In this document: positions 12,555 through 24,989 of the stretch, piece by piece
Layout of the letters: each line of letters begins with the position of its first letter
Numbering within the stretch: the stretch's first letter is position 1
Assembly: GCF_009914755.1 (NCBI RefSeq)
Contig: NC_060928.1
Strand: one strand, 5' to 3'
Length of the DNA: 64,000 nt
DNA from: the human T2T-CHM13v2.0 reference genome, Homo sapiens
The notes under the pieces: model-generated
Databases searched by the model: none
The model's input: only the letters and a program-made list of their open reading frames with translations
Told to the model about the DNA's origin: nothing
Translations under genes and position numbers: made by a program

Positions 12555-15449
12555 TCAACTCCCACTTGTGAGTGAGAACATGTGGTGTTTGGTTTTCTGT
12601 TCTTGTGATAGTTTGCTGAGAATGATGGTTTCCAGCCTCATCCATGTCCCTGCAAAGGACATGAACTCATCCCTTTTTTATGGCTGCATTGTATTCCATC
12701 ATGTATATGTGCCACATTTTCTTTATCCAGTCTATTATTGATGGACTTTTGGATTAGTTCCAAGTCTTTGCTATTGAGAATAGTGCCACAATAAACATAT
12801 GTGTACATGTGTCTTTATAGTAGAATGATTTACAAACCTTTGGGTATATACCCAATAATGGGATTGCTGGGTCAAATGGTGTTTCTAGTTCTAGATCCTT
12901 AAGGAATTGCCACACTGTCTTCCACAATGGTTGAACTAATTTACACTCCCACCAACAGTGTAAAAGCATTCCTATTTCTCCACATCCTCTCCAGCACCTG
13001 TTGTTTCCTGACTTTTTAATGATTGCCATTCTAACTGGTGTGAGATGGTATCTCATTGTGGTTTTGATTTGCATTTCTCTAATGACCAGTGATGATGAGC
13101 ATTTTTTCATGTTTGTTGGCTGCATAAATGTCTTCTTTTAGGAAGTGTCTGTGTATATCCTTCACCCACTTTTTGATCGGGTTGTTCGTTTTTTTCTTGT
13201 AAATTTGTTTAAGCTTTTTGTAAATTCTGGATATTAGCCCTTTGTCAGATGGATAGATTGCAAAATTTTCTCCCATTCTGTAGGCTGCCTGTTCATTCTG
13301 ATGATAGTTTCTTTTGCTGTGCAGAAGCTCTTTAGTTTAATTAGATCCTATTTGTCAATTTTGGCTTTTGTTTCCATTGCTTTCGGTGTTTTAGACATGA
13401 AGTCTTTGCCATGCCTATGTACTGAATGGTATTGCCCAGGTTTTCTTCGAGAATTTTTATGGTTTTAGGTCTTATATGTAAGTCTTTAATCCATCTTGAG
13501 TTGATATTTGTATAAGGTGTAAGGAAGAGGTCCAGTTTCAGCTTTCTGCATATGGCTAGCCAGTTTTCCGAACACCATTTATTAAATAGGGAATCTTTCC
13601 CCATTGCTTGTTTGTGTCAGGTTTGTCAAAGATCAGATGGTTGTAGATGTGTGGTGTTATTTCTGAGGTCTCTGTTCTGTTCCATTGGTCTATATATCTG
13701 TTTTGATACCAGTACCATGCTGTTTTTGTTACTGTAGCCTTGTAGTATAGTTTGAAGTCAGGTACTGTGATGCCTCCAGCTTTGTACTTTTTGCTTAGGA
13801 TTGACTTCACTGTGTGAGATCCTTTTTGGTTCCATATAAAGTTTAAAGCAGTTTTCTTCAATTCTGTGACCTAGTCAGTGGTAGCTTGATGGGGATAGCA
13901 TTGAATCTATAAATTATTTTGGGCAGTATGGCCATTTTCATGATATTGATTCTTCTTATCTATGAGCATGGAATGTTTTTCCATTTGTTTGTGTCCTCTC
14001 TTATTTCCTTGAACAGTGGTTTGTAGTTCTCCTTGAAGAGGTCCTTCACATCCCTTGTAAGGTGTATTTCTAGGTATTTTATTCTCTTAGTAGCAATTGT
14101 GAATGGGAGTTCACTCATGATTTGGCTCACTGTCTGTTATTGGTGTATAGGAATGCTTGTGATTTTTGCATATTGATTTTGTATCCTGAGACTTTGCTGA
14201 ATTTGCTTATTAGCTTAATGAGATTTTGGGCTGAGATGATGGCATTTTCTAAATATACAATCATGTCATCTGTAAACAGAGACAATTTGACTTCCTCTCC
14301 TCCTATTTGAATAGGCTTTATTTCGTTCTCTTGCCTGATTGCCCTGGCCAGAACTTCCAACACTATGTTGAATAGGAGTGGTGACAGAGGGCATCCTTGT
14401 CTTGTTCCAGTTTTCAAAGGGAATGCTTCCATTTTTTGCCCATTCAGTATGAAATTGCCTGTGGGTTTGTCATAAATAGCTCTTATTATTTTGAGATATG
14501 TTCCATCGATTCCTAGTTTATTGAGAGTTTTTAGCATGAAGGGGTGTTGAGTTTTGTCGAAGGCCTTTTCTGCATCTATTGAGATAATCATGTGGTTTTT
14601 GTCATTGGTTCTGTTTATGTGATGGATTACATTTATTGATTTGCATATGTTGAACCATTCTTGCATCTCAGGTACGAAGCTGACTTGATCACGGTGGATA
14701 AGCTTATTGATGTGCTGCTTGATTCGGTTTGGCAGTATTTTACTGAGCATTTTTGCATTGATGTTCATCAGGGATATTGGCCTGAAATTTTCGTTTTTTG
14801 TTGTGTCTCTGCCAGGTTTTGGTATCAGGATGATGCTGGTCTCATAAAATGAGTTAGGGAGGATTCCTCTTTTTCTATTGTTTGGAATAGTTTCATAAGA
14901 AATGGTACCAGCTCCTCTTTGTACCTCTGGTAGAATTCAGCTGTTAATCTGTCTGGTCCTGGACTTTTTTTGGTTGGTAGGCTACTAATTACTGCCTCAA
15001 TTTCAGAACTTGTTTTTGGTCTATTCAGGGATTTGACTTCTTTCTGGTTTAGACTTGGGAGGATGTACGTGTCCAGGCATTTATCCATTTCTTGTAGGTT
15101 TTCTAGTTTATTTGCATAGAGGTGTTTATAGCATTCTCTGATGGTAGTTTGTATTTCTGTGGGATCAGTGGTGATATCCCCTATATCATTTTTTATTGCA
15201 TTTATTTGATTCTTCTCTCTTTTCTTCTTTATTAGTCTGGCTAGCGGTCTATTTATTTTGTTGATCTTTTCAACAAACTAGCTCCTTGATTCACTGATTT
15301 TTTGAAAGGCTTTTCGTGTCTCTATTGCCTTCAGTTCCACTCTGAGGTTAGTTATTTCTTGTCTTTTGCTAGGTTTTGAATTTGTTTGGGGCATTTAGTC
15401 CATTTACATTTAAGATTAATATTGTTATGTGTGAATTTGATCCTTTCAT
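12555..15449 (-). pseudogene. Disrupted L1 ORF2 (endonuclease domain deleted; RT and C-domain fragmented)
   Basis: ATG at 15449-15447 (ATGAAAGGATCAAATTCACAC); RT fragment 14127-14768; terminal GTGGGAGTTGA at 12555; many stops and frameshifts. Confidence 0.85.
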
Positions 15450-15512
15450 TAACATGCTAGCTGGTTGTTTTGCCCATTAGTTGATTCAGTTTCTTCATAG
15501 TGCCGATGTTCT

Positions 15513-16950
15513 TTACAATTTGGTAGGTATTTGCAGTGGCTGGTACTGGTTGTTCCTTTCCATGTTTAGTGCCTCCTTCAGGAGCTCTTCTAAGGCAGGC
15601 TTGGTGGTTATAAAATCTCTCAGCATTTGCTTGTCTGTAAAGGATTTTATTTCTCCTTTGCTTATGAAGCTTAGTTTGGCTGGATATGAAATTCTGGTTT
15701 GAAAATTATTTTCTTTAAGAATGTTGAATATTGGCCCCGACTCTCTTCTAGCTTGTAGGGTTTCTGCAGAGAGATCTGCTGTTAGTCTGATAGGGTATCC
15801 CGACCTTTCTCTCTGGCTGCCCTTAACATTTTTTCCTTCATTTCAACCTTGGTGAATCTAACGATTATGTGTCTTGGGGTTGCTCTTCTCAAGGAGTATC
15901 TTTATGGTGTTCTCTGTATTTCCTGAATTTGAATGTTGGCCTGTCTTGCTAGGTTGGGGAAGTTCTCCCGGATAATAACCTGAAGAGTGTTTTACAACTT
16001 GGTTTCATTCTCCCCATCACTTTCAGGTACACCAATCAAACATAGGTTTGGTCTTTTCACATAGTTCCATATTTCTTGGAGGCTTTGTTGGTTCCTTTTT
16101 ATTCTTTTTTCTCTAATCTTGTCTTCTTGCTTTATTTCATTAAGTTGATCTTCTTTTTTTTTCTCTTATTGTTCCTTTATATATTTTTTATTATACTTTA
16201 AGTTATAGGGTACATGTGCACAATGTGCAGGTTTGTTACATATGTATACATGTGCGATGTTGGTTTGCCGCACCCATTAACTCGTCATTTACATTAAGTA
16301 TTTCTCCTAATGCTATCCCTCCCCACTCTCCCCACCCCACAACAGGCCTCGGTGTGTGATGTTCCCCTTCCTGTGTCCAAATGTTCTCATTGTTCAATTC
16401 CCACCTATGAGTGATAACATGCGGTATTTGGTTTTTTGTCCTTGCAATAGTTTGCTGAGAATGATGGTTTCCATCTTCATCCATGTCCCTACAAAGGACA
16501 TGAACTCATCATTTTTTATGGCTGCATAGTATTCCATGGTGTATATGTGTCACATTTTCTTTCATTAAGTTGATCTTCAATCACTGATAGCCTTTCTTCT
16601 GCTTGATCGATTTGGCTATTGATACTTGTGTATGCTTCACGAAGTTCTCGTGCTGTGTTTTTTATTTCCATCAGGTCATTTATGGTCTTTTCTACATTGG
16701 TTATTCTAGTGAGCAATTTGAATAACCTTATTTCAGAGTTCTTAACTTCCTTGCCTTGGGTTAGAACATGCTCCTTTAGCTCGGAGGAGTTTGTTATTAC
16801 CCACCTTCTGAAGCCCACCTCAGTCTATTCGTCAGACTCATTCTCCATTCAATTTTGTTCCCATGCTGGCGAGGAGTTGTGATCCTTTGGAGGAGAAGAG
16901 GCATTCTTGTTTTTGGAATTTTCAGGCTTTTTGCGCTGGTTTCTCCCCAT
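15513..16950 (-). pseudogene. Disrupted L1 ORF1, interrupted by a nested younger L1
   Basis: ATGGGGAGAAACCAGCGCAAAAAG at 16950; coiled-coil fragment NSSELKEHVLTQ..NTARELREAYTSINSQIDQAEERLSVIEDQL; stop at 15515-15513. Confidence 0.85.
16154..16559 (-). mobile_element. 5'-truncated younger L1 (L1PA4/5-like) nested in ORF1 of the L1PA7
   Basis: L1PA 3'UTR (ATTATACTTTAAG..GGGTACATGTGCACAATGTGCAGG); perfect TSD TTTCATTAAGTTGATCTTC at 16135-16153 and 16560-16578; CTTC/AA endonuclease-type site. Confidence 0.95.
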
Positions 16951-19184
16951 CTTTGTGGATTTATCTACCTTTGGTCTTTGATGTTGGTGACCTTCAGATG
17001 GGGTCTTTGAGTGGACGTGCTATCCTTTCTGTTTGTTAGTTTTCCTTCTAACAGTCAGGCCCCTCTGCTGCAGGTCTGCTGGAGTTTGCTGGAGGTCCAC
17101 TCCAGATGCTGATTGCCTGGAGATCACCAGTGGAGGCGCAGGATAGCAAAGACTGCTGCCTGTTCTTTCCTCTGGAAGCTTCGTCCCAGAGGGACACCTG
17201 CCAGATGCCAGCCAGAGCCCTCCTGTATGAGGTGTCTGTTGGCCCCTAATGGGAGGTGTCTCCCAGTCAGGATACATGGGGGTCAGGGACCCACTTGAGG
17301 AGGCGGTCTGACCCTAAGCAGAGCTCGAACGCTGTGCTGGGAGGTCCGCTGCTCTCTTCAGAGCGGTCAGGCAGGGACGTTTAAGTCTGCTGAAGCTGCA
17401 CCCACAGCTGCCCCTTCCCCCAGGTGCTCTGTTCCAGGGAGATGGGAGTTTTATCTATAAGTCCCTGACTGGGGCTGCTGCCTTTGTGTCAGAGATGCCC
17501 AGCCCAGAGAGGAGAAATCTGGCAGTCTGGCTATAGCAGCCTTGCTGAATTTCAGTGAGCTTTGCCGAGTTCGAGCTTCCTGGCTGCTTTGTTTATACTG
17601 TGAGTGTAAAACCACCTACTCAAGCTTCAGCAATGATGGATGCCCCTCCCCAACAAGCTCCAGTGTCAGGGTTGATCTCAGACTGCTGCTGTGCTGGCAG
17701 CGAGAATTTTAAGCCAGTGGATCTTAGTTTGCTGGGCTCTGTGGGGGTGGGAGTCGCTGAGCCAGATCACTTGGCTCTCTGGCTTCAGCACCCCTTTCCA
17801 GGGAAGTGGATGGTTCTGTCTTGCTGGTGATCCAGGCGCCATAGGGGTATGGAAAAACAAACAACAACAACAACAAAAACTCCTGCAGCTAGCTCAGTGT
17901 CTGCCCAAATGGCTGCCCAGTTTTGTGCTTGAAACCCAGGGCCCTGGTAGGGTAGGCACCAGAGGGAATCTCCTGGTCTGTGGGTTATGAAGGTCATGGG
18001 ACAAGCTCAGTATCTGGGCCGGAGTGCACATGGTTCCTCAGGCTCAGTCCCTCACAGCTTCCCTTGGGTAGGGGAGAAAATTCCCTGACCCCTTGCTCTT
18101 CCCAGATGAGGTGACAGCCCACTCTGCTTTGGCTTGCCCTCCGTGGGCTGCACCCCCTGTCCAACCAGTCCCAGTGAGATGAACCAGGTACCTTACTTGG
18201 AAATGCAGAAATCATCTGCCTTCTGCATTGATCTCGCTGGGAGCTGCAGACCAGAGCTGTTTCTATTCAGCCACCTTGCCAGAAATTCTATTTTTTGTCT
18301 GTTCTCTTATTGCGCATTTAGTACAACCAGCTTGAAAAACTATTTGTTGTGTTTCTCTAGGAACCCCCTTTCCTCTACAAAACTCCTAAAGAATAGATAA
18401 TTGTCTATATTTCTTCAAATCTTTGGCATCCCGGAAGTACCTTGAATAAATCATCAAGTTTTAGGGCTAAAGGAATCTCAGAAATCATCTAATCCCTTTC
18501 ATTTGATGGATCAAGAAGTTGAAACCCAGAAAAAAATGAGTGTCTTCCTGGATCTCTCAGCTGCCAATTTGTTATCTGTTCAGGTATCCAGCAAGATGAT
18601 TATTTTTGTGGTTGATGATGATGAATTAGATTTCCATGACTTTATTAGAGAAAAATCTTCCTGTTAATGTAGTCTAATGGGTGACATTATTCTTTGAGGA
18701 TTCAAGGATGAGTCTGATTTATTCATACCCTTTTTGTTAATAACAAAAGGCTAAGTTAATGTACTTTGTTTTCCTCCCACGAGAAACCCCAGCAAATTCT
18801 ACAAAATATTTGAGCCCCAGAATGAACTCATGCATTCAGTGTAATAGCAGCACTGGCTGTAGTAAGCATGTTTTTCTTTCTTCTTCTTCCCCTACCTTTT
18901 AAATTTTTTTGAGAACATAGCATAGGTAGACCAGCTCTCAGTTGGAGAATAAAGTAAGAAACAATTTTTTCTTCCTAAGCTATGCATGCCCTCAGTTTAT
19001 ACCACATGTCTTTATAGGCCACCCTCTTATTTTCTATTCTCCCATAAATAATGGTTAAGTCCTTGATAGTGCCTTCAAATGTGGAGTAAAGAATGCAAGC
19101 CATGCAGAATGCAAATTATTTGCTCAACTGGGGTACATGGGAATTTGGAGATGACAAATCCTTTACTAAGATCTCCATGCTTAA

Positions 19185-19513
19185 AATAGGTTGCAAACTC
19201 AATGCAGAGGTCTCATAGGTAATGCAAATGAGTAAAATCATCTCAGTTGACACTAGGAACCTGGACAGTGAAAGCCCTAATATGATGATAGCTCCTTCTC
19301 AAATCCAGTCATTTGTTGCTATGAGGGAATTTGTACAAATTGTACCCAGTTGTCTGATTTTCCATGCCAGTGCATAAATCTAGGTTTTTATGTGACGTGT
19401 ATCAAATCTGAAATAATGAGCATAGATTTAAAGTTTTAAAACTCTATGCAGGCAAATAAACGAACAAAATACTCTTCAAGACTGGCCTGAAGTTCTGTTA
19501 GCTTGCAACTTCT
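19185..19513 (+). mobile_element. MER102-like hAT-Charlie DNA transposon fossil
   Basis: Terminal AGGTTGCAAACTC and GCTTGCAACTTCT; internal GGTAATGCAAATGAG, TCCAGTCATTTGTTGCTATG, TCTGATTTT, TTTTTATGTGA. Confidence 0.7.
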
Positions 19514-19879
19514 TGTTTCAAACATTCTAGAAAATTTCTTCTAGTTATTAGATATGTAAACTAATCAATCTATTATCAATAGTTTGGAGGTATTTTGTGT
19601 GTGTCAAATATTATTTAGGATATTTAAGGGAACTTACAGAAATTAAAGGCATGTTTTGGTCTGCAAAAATCTTTCAGTTTAGTTGGATAACATGAAATCC
19701 CTTACGAAAACATAACTAAGAAGTTACAGCATAAATGCAAAGTGAGGGAGCCTACAAGTTAAATGAAGTCTCTAGACCCCACCCTTTGAGGCCAAGTTAT
19801 GCCTCACCTATGAGTTACATAATATGCTCTGCAAGCATGTACATCTCTCTGTAAGTCCATTCAGCTCATTATAGTACAA

Positions 19880-20020
19880 TTAAGAATTAAGAACCTGCTT
19901 GAATCTTTTAAAATTCAAAACTTTGAGATCTGACTGTCACAATTTATATTTCGACTTCCCACCCTTAGCACAGTGACTGTACATGACAGTGTAAACTAAA
20001 TGTTTGTTGAATGAATCAAT
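19880..20020 (+). mobile_element. L2 3' end
   Basis: CCTTAGCACAGTGACTGTACAT...TAAATGTTTGTTGAATGAAT. Confidence 0.6.
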
Positions 20021-21574
20021 AGCAAATTGAATTTTATAGGAGTAATTGATCATTACAAATGATTCATTAATTGGGAAGGAAATGGTGCAGATGGTAAAGA
20101 AAAACTTTGTAGAGAAAGTAACATTTTAAGTTGGACTTTGATGTGAGTGAATAGGATTCCATACATGGAGAACACTATGGAGAATATTTTAGATGGGCAA
20201 CATTACCAATGAGGTTATAATGAGACTAAATAGACTGACTGATTTGGAATATGGAATTCCATTTTTATACCATAATTTTATTTGAATATGGTTTTGAGAT
20301 GGTTCATATATTGCACCTCAATGTTATGTGTCCATACTTTTCAGAGTATTCCCATCTCAGTTGATTAGCACATTTAGTAATACACCCGTCATCCTCCAGG
20401 GAGATGAGGCTAAAGAGGTGGGGTTGTGTTTGTTGTAATGATAAATTTTTCCTTTATCCACTTCATTAATTGGGAGATGAATACTGAGCAAGGGGAAATG
20501 TTTTATTAGCTAGAAACAATTTTGAATTGCTTATTTCCCTCTTTATAGTGCTGATAAGGCATAATTTTTAGAGATGGCTAATATGAGAAGCTAATAGCTT
20601 TTAGGGATTGGGCTTTATTCTTTCAAGCATTTCCCTATTTTCTGGTTAATTGAATGTTCTCAAGAAGCCCTAGTGGGGAAATTTATCCCTCTGGGATGGA
20701 TGGTGCCTCCTCTACATAACATGCCCAACAAGGAATTGGGTTGAGAGAACTAGAATTGAGCTTTCTACAATTTTCTGGGTGCCTTTGTAACATGGAAATC
20801 TTGTCCATAAAATTCTCTGTCCTTGAAATTTTCTTTACCTCTTCTCTGATATCACAGCCTTATTCTAGAAGCTTCTTGAAGTTCTTTATAGAGCAAAAGG
20901 ATAGTTACATGTCAGAGCCCAGATCACTGTTAGCTGTAGGCTTTTTCTTAGAGACTATGACAATAATATTTTAAGAATTCAAAAAAGTAAAATTATCAGC
21001 AAGTTTAAAGGCTTATTTTTTTACTGTAATTTTATTTATTCATGTGTATTCCAAGTGATCAATCATTCTGCCAAGCATCTTGTACTAAATGTGCTAATGA
21101 ACTAGTGAATCAAATATTTTGAAAGTATGGACATGTATAACATTGATTTTCAATATTTGAATCACATCAACAATCTTCTCAAGGAAAACAACTTTATAAG
21201 GATGGATTTCCATATACTTTATTAATAGTTGGCAGGCAGAACACTTGTGAGATTCATCACTAATTTATTTCCTTTAACTCTCCATCTCTTCAATTCTCTA
21301 AGTCTTTAGTGACAATATTAGTAATAATGGAATTGTAATATTCATTATCTACCGAGTGCTAATGAAGCCGTTCTTTAGGCTTACCTGAATTATTACCATG
21401 AGTAATGCACAGGTTTCTCAGGTTATTTTAAGAAATGGATCATTGATACTAGTTGAATGCTGGTAGAAAGCAAACAAACAACAACAAGAAGAAGCAACAG
21501 TGAAGGGAAGAATTAAATGGAGAAGAGGGGCAAGGCAATGCACTGTGATGCAGAAAATGTAGAAAGGATATGGA

Positions 21575-21745
21575 AAAATGAGGATTGAGTTTCAATATGC
21601 TCTAACTCTTAACTGGGTGAGCCCCTTAAACTCTCTGAGTCTCAGCTCCTTCATCTCTACACCAGGGACAACAATATCTTTGTATCTCTAACAGGAATGT
21701 GAACAATTAAGTGGATACAAATATCTGGAAAGCACCCAGCCCAGA
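21575..21745 (+). mobile_element. MIR
   Basis: CTTAAACTCTCTGAGTCTCAGCTCCTTCATCT...GGAAAGCACCCAGC. Confidence 0.55.
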
Positions 21746-22075
21746 GTAGCCCAAGATAATTTGGTTCTCTTTGTCTTTCCACTTCTCTTCATCCTCTGAC
21801 CCTCTCTTTTTCTTTTCACTGCTCATTTCTTTCTAAAAATAAAGAGATAAATCTGACTTATATTTGTAGAAATGGATGTATTTGATGTGTCAAATAACAC
21901 ATGGTTTCAAAAGAATGACAATGTTAACTCGGTAGACTGACGAGAATAGGAAGTCAGTTTTGTCTGACACCCAAGCTTTCTTATTTTCTGTCATAGATGG
22001 AGAGAAAAATGACATTTGTGGAGTGCTTACTATGTACCAAGCACTGTGCTCATCTAATTTAAATCTCATAATAAC

Positions 22076-22812
22076 TATATTAGTCCGTTTTCATGCTACT
22101 GTGAAGAAATACCCAAGACTGCATGTATTAGTCTGTTTTCATGCTGCTGATAAAGACGTACCTGAGACTGGGCAATTTACAAATGAAAGAGGCTTAATGG
22201 ACTTACAGTTCCATGTGGCTGGGGAGGCCTCAGGATCATGGCAGATGACAAGGAGGAACAAGTCACGTCTTTCATGGATGGCAGCAGGAAAAAGAGAGCT
22301 TGTGCAAGCAAACTCCCCCTTTTAAAACCATCAGCTCTCATGAGACTTATTCACTATCACAAGAACAGCATGGGAAAGATCTGACCCCATGATTCAATTA
22401 CCTCCCACTGGGTCTCTCCCACAACATATGGGAATTCAAGGTGAGATTTGGGTGGGGACAGAGCCAAATCATATCACAGGGTAATGTATTAATATTAAGG
22501 AAAGAGGATTAATTGACTCAGTTCAGCATGGGTGGGAAGGCCTCAGGAAAGTTACAATCATGGCAGAAGGAGAAGAAAACACGTCCCTCTTCACATTGCG
22601 GCAGCAAGGAGAAGTGCTGAGCAAAAGGGGGAATAGCCCCTTATAAAACCATCAGATCTCATGAGAACTCACTATCACTTGAGGGTAACTGTCACCATGA
22701 TTAATTTACCACCCACTGGTAAATTAAACCACCCTTCCACAACACACAGGGATTATGGGAACTACAATTCAAGATGAGATTTGCATGGGAACACCAAGCC
22801 TAGCCATAATTA
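22076..22812 (-). mobile_element. THE1C-like solo LTR (outer element)
   Basis: TATATTAGTCCGTTTTCATGCT...GCGGCAGCAAGGAGAAGTGCTGAGCAAAAGGGGG...; TSD ATAAC/ATAAT. Confidence 0.88.
22124..22476 (-). mobile_element. THE1B-like solo LTR nested in THE1C
   Basis: Complete TGTATTAG...CATATCA unit with the THE1B-type GGATGGCAGCAGG..AGAGAGCTTGTGCA motif; host LTR resumes at GGGTAAT. Confidence 0.9.
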
Positions 22813-23910
22813 ATAATTCTGTAAGGTATCAGTGTCTTCATTTTGCAGATGAGGAACTGAAGTGAAGAAAGGTTATTAACTTTCTGATTTTGCACAGGTA
22901 ATGAATGCATCAACTGTTATTTAGACCATGTTGGCTATTACTACTAAATCATGCTGTCTGTCTCCGTGGCTCTTAGCTGGTGAGAGAAGTACATCTCAAT
23001 CATCTGTGGAAGCATATGACTGGTTTGAAAAATTTCCCCCAGTAATCCCGATGGGCCCTTCTTTGGGTGGGAACCTTGACCTGGGATCCTTGAGAGTCTC
23101 TGCTGGCTCTCCTTTCCAGCCTGGGGAGGGGGAAATACTGACTCTCCTCAGTGATCATCAAAACAACCTGCAAATCTGAAGCAACATTATTTATTTTTTA
23201 ATGGATTTCGAGTCCTTTGTGGATGTTTTCTGAGTAATGTTTACCAAAGCAAATGCATTAAAGAATTAAAACTTGAGTATAGTATCTTTAGGATCTATTT
23301 TAGAATAACAAAAAAAAAAATAAGAGAACAATGTTTACATCTTTTTTAAGGCAAGAGAAACCTTTTTCTTACAGTTTGGCAGAAGAGATGAGGAGGTAAT
23401 CATGGGCACTGGTGCTGTTGTTTACTAGCTGAGGTGCCAAAGATACCAATCTGTCAAGAAAATGTGTAGGATGTTGATCAAGCCTGGAGCCTCTGACACT
23501 GAACAACCCGCTGGGGACTAAAGATGCCACTCCAGTGAGAGAGCACCTGCCTGATGGTGCACTGCATCTGTGAGGAGGAATTTCCATCCATCTTCCCACT
23601 GAAAAATAGGGCTTTTATTACAGCTGAGAAAAGGGCACGAGAAAATTGCCTTAATCTTCAAAACAGGAGATGCAACCTTAGTGTTACATACGTCAGAAAC
23701 TCTTCTTGAAAGATCGTTTCATTTTGGACTTTGACAAACCAAAGCAACTGGCATTTTAAATACAATGAAAATAGTCACCTTTCACCCCAGCCACTCCTGA
23801 GTGTAGGTCTAAAAAGGCAGATATTTGAATAGGGCAAAGATATGGCTTCAGGCTTCCATGACCTGTATCTTCTCCTTTTTTTCTCCCTCATCAATGCTGT
23901 AAGTTGTCTC

Positions 23911-24210
23911 TAATATCATATATATTATATATATCATATATATTATATAATTATTATATGTTATTATATATTATAATATATAATATATAATATATATTAT
24001 ATATTATATATAATATATATTATATATTATATATTATATAATATATATTATATATTATATATTATATAATATATATTATATATTATATATAATATATATT
24101 ATATATATAATATATAATATTATAATATATATTATATATAAAATATATATTATATATATAAAATATTATATTATATACATTATATATATAAAATATCATA
24201 TATATATATA
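23911..24210. repeat. AT-only low-complexity / (TA)n-derived tract of ~300 bp
   Basis: Almost exclusively A/T; repeated TATATTATATAATA-like units. Confidence 0.95.
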
Positions 24211-24989
24211 GCCACCTACTAATAGGTATATAATTGTTGGGTAATTACATTCTTTTGTTGATAGATACTAGACATTGGGAAAAAAAACTTGGACTTGGGC
24301 TGCTGTAAGGATACCAACTTCCCAGGAGCTCATGAATTGACATTTGCAGTGCACCTGGGGAGGTGTCACACCATGCCCAGAGCCTAGAGAAAATGACAGG
24401 GACATGAGCATCACCTGGAGACAAGATCTTCCTTGTGGGGTGAAGGTAATATTGTTTTAGACTTGTTCTTCCTCTCTACCCTATGTAAAAAGCAAAAATA
24501 CTCTATTTGTTTTGCATATACGTTGTCATGGTGATAGAGGTGAAAATGCAAGATGAGCAGAGTTTGAGAAAATAAGGCAAAGGGTTTTTATCTCTCTACA
24601 ACTTTGTCTGAAAGCACTCTTTTTTGTTGAGCTTAAGACATGGGATTACTTATGGCCATGTTGCTGGTAGGCATCTTAGGAACTGGACAGTAGGGAATGC
24701 TAATCATTGGTCTATGATTCCAGAACGGCTAAAGCTTCCAAGAACAGTGTCTGGGGTAGTCTCTGGAGCTTAAGAACACAGATAAGGCCGTTGCTTGTTG
24801 TCCGCTGGGTAGAACAGCTAGCAGTAATTAAACTCTTTACTTTTCAGTTAATTTCTTTGATATTAGGAGTTGTGTAATTATTCTCATTATTCTCCCCCGT
24901 TCCCACCTTCTCCACTGCCTTTTTCTGATGTTCTTAGGGAGGCACTATGATGATCACTTGGAAGGTTTGCTTCAAGAGTGCATCAAGTT

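Larger units (their letters stand above)
12341..18281 (-). mobile_element. Full-span L1PA7-like LINE-1 (5'UTR, ORF1, ORF2, 3'UTR), inactivated, with a ~0.9 kb ORF2 deletion
   Basis: 5' end on the minus strand CTGGCAAGGTGGCTGAATAGAAACAGCTCTGGTCTGCAGCTCCCAGCGAGATCAA; 3' end TTATTATACTTTAAGTTCTGG; ORF2p fragments in the ORF track ([39 protein letters not shown]). Confidence 0.95.
22010..22935 (-). mobile_element. MIR split by a THE1C/THE1B nest
   Basis: GAGTGCTTACTATGTACCAAGCACTGTGCT..AATCTCATAATAAC on the left; TCTGTAAGGTA..CATTTTGCAGATGAGGAACTGA on the right. Confidence 0.75.

Noticed and set aside
14127-14768. 213-aa reverse transcriptase ORF as a possible novel RT system
   Set aside because: An ordinary fragment of L1 ORF2p inside a mutated L1PA7; the same applies to the ORFs at 1740-3943 and 63699-63968
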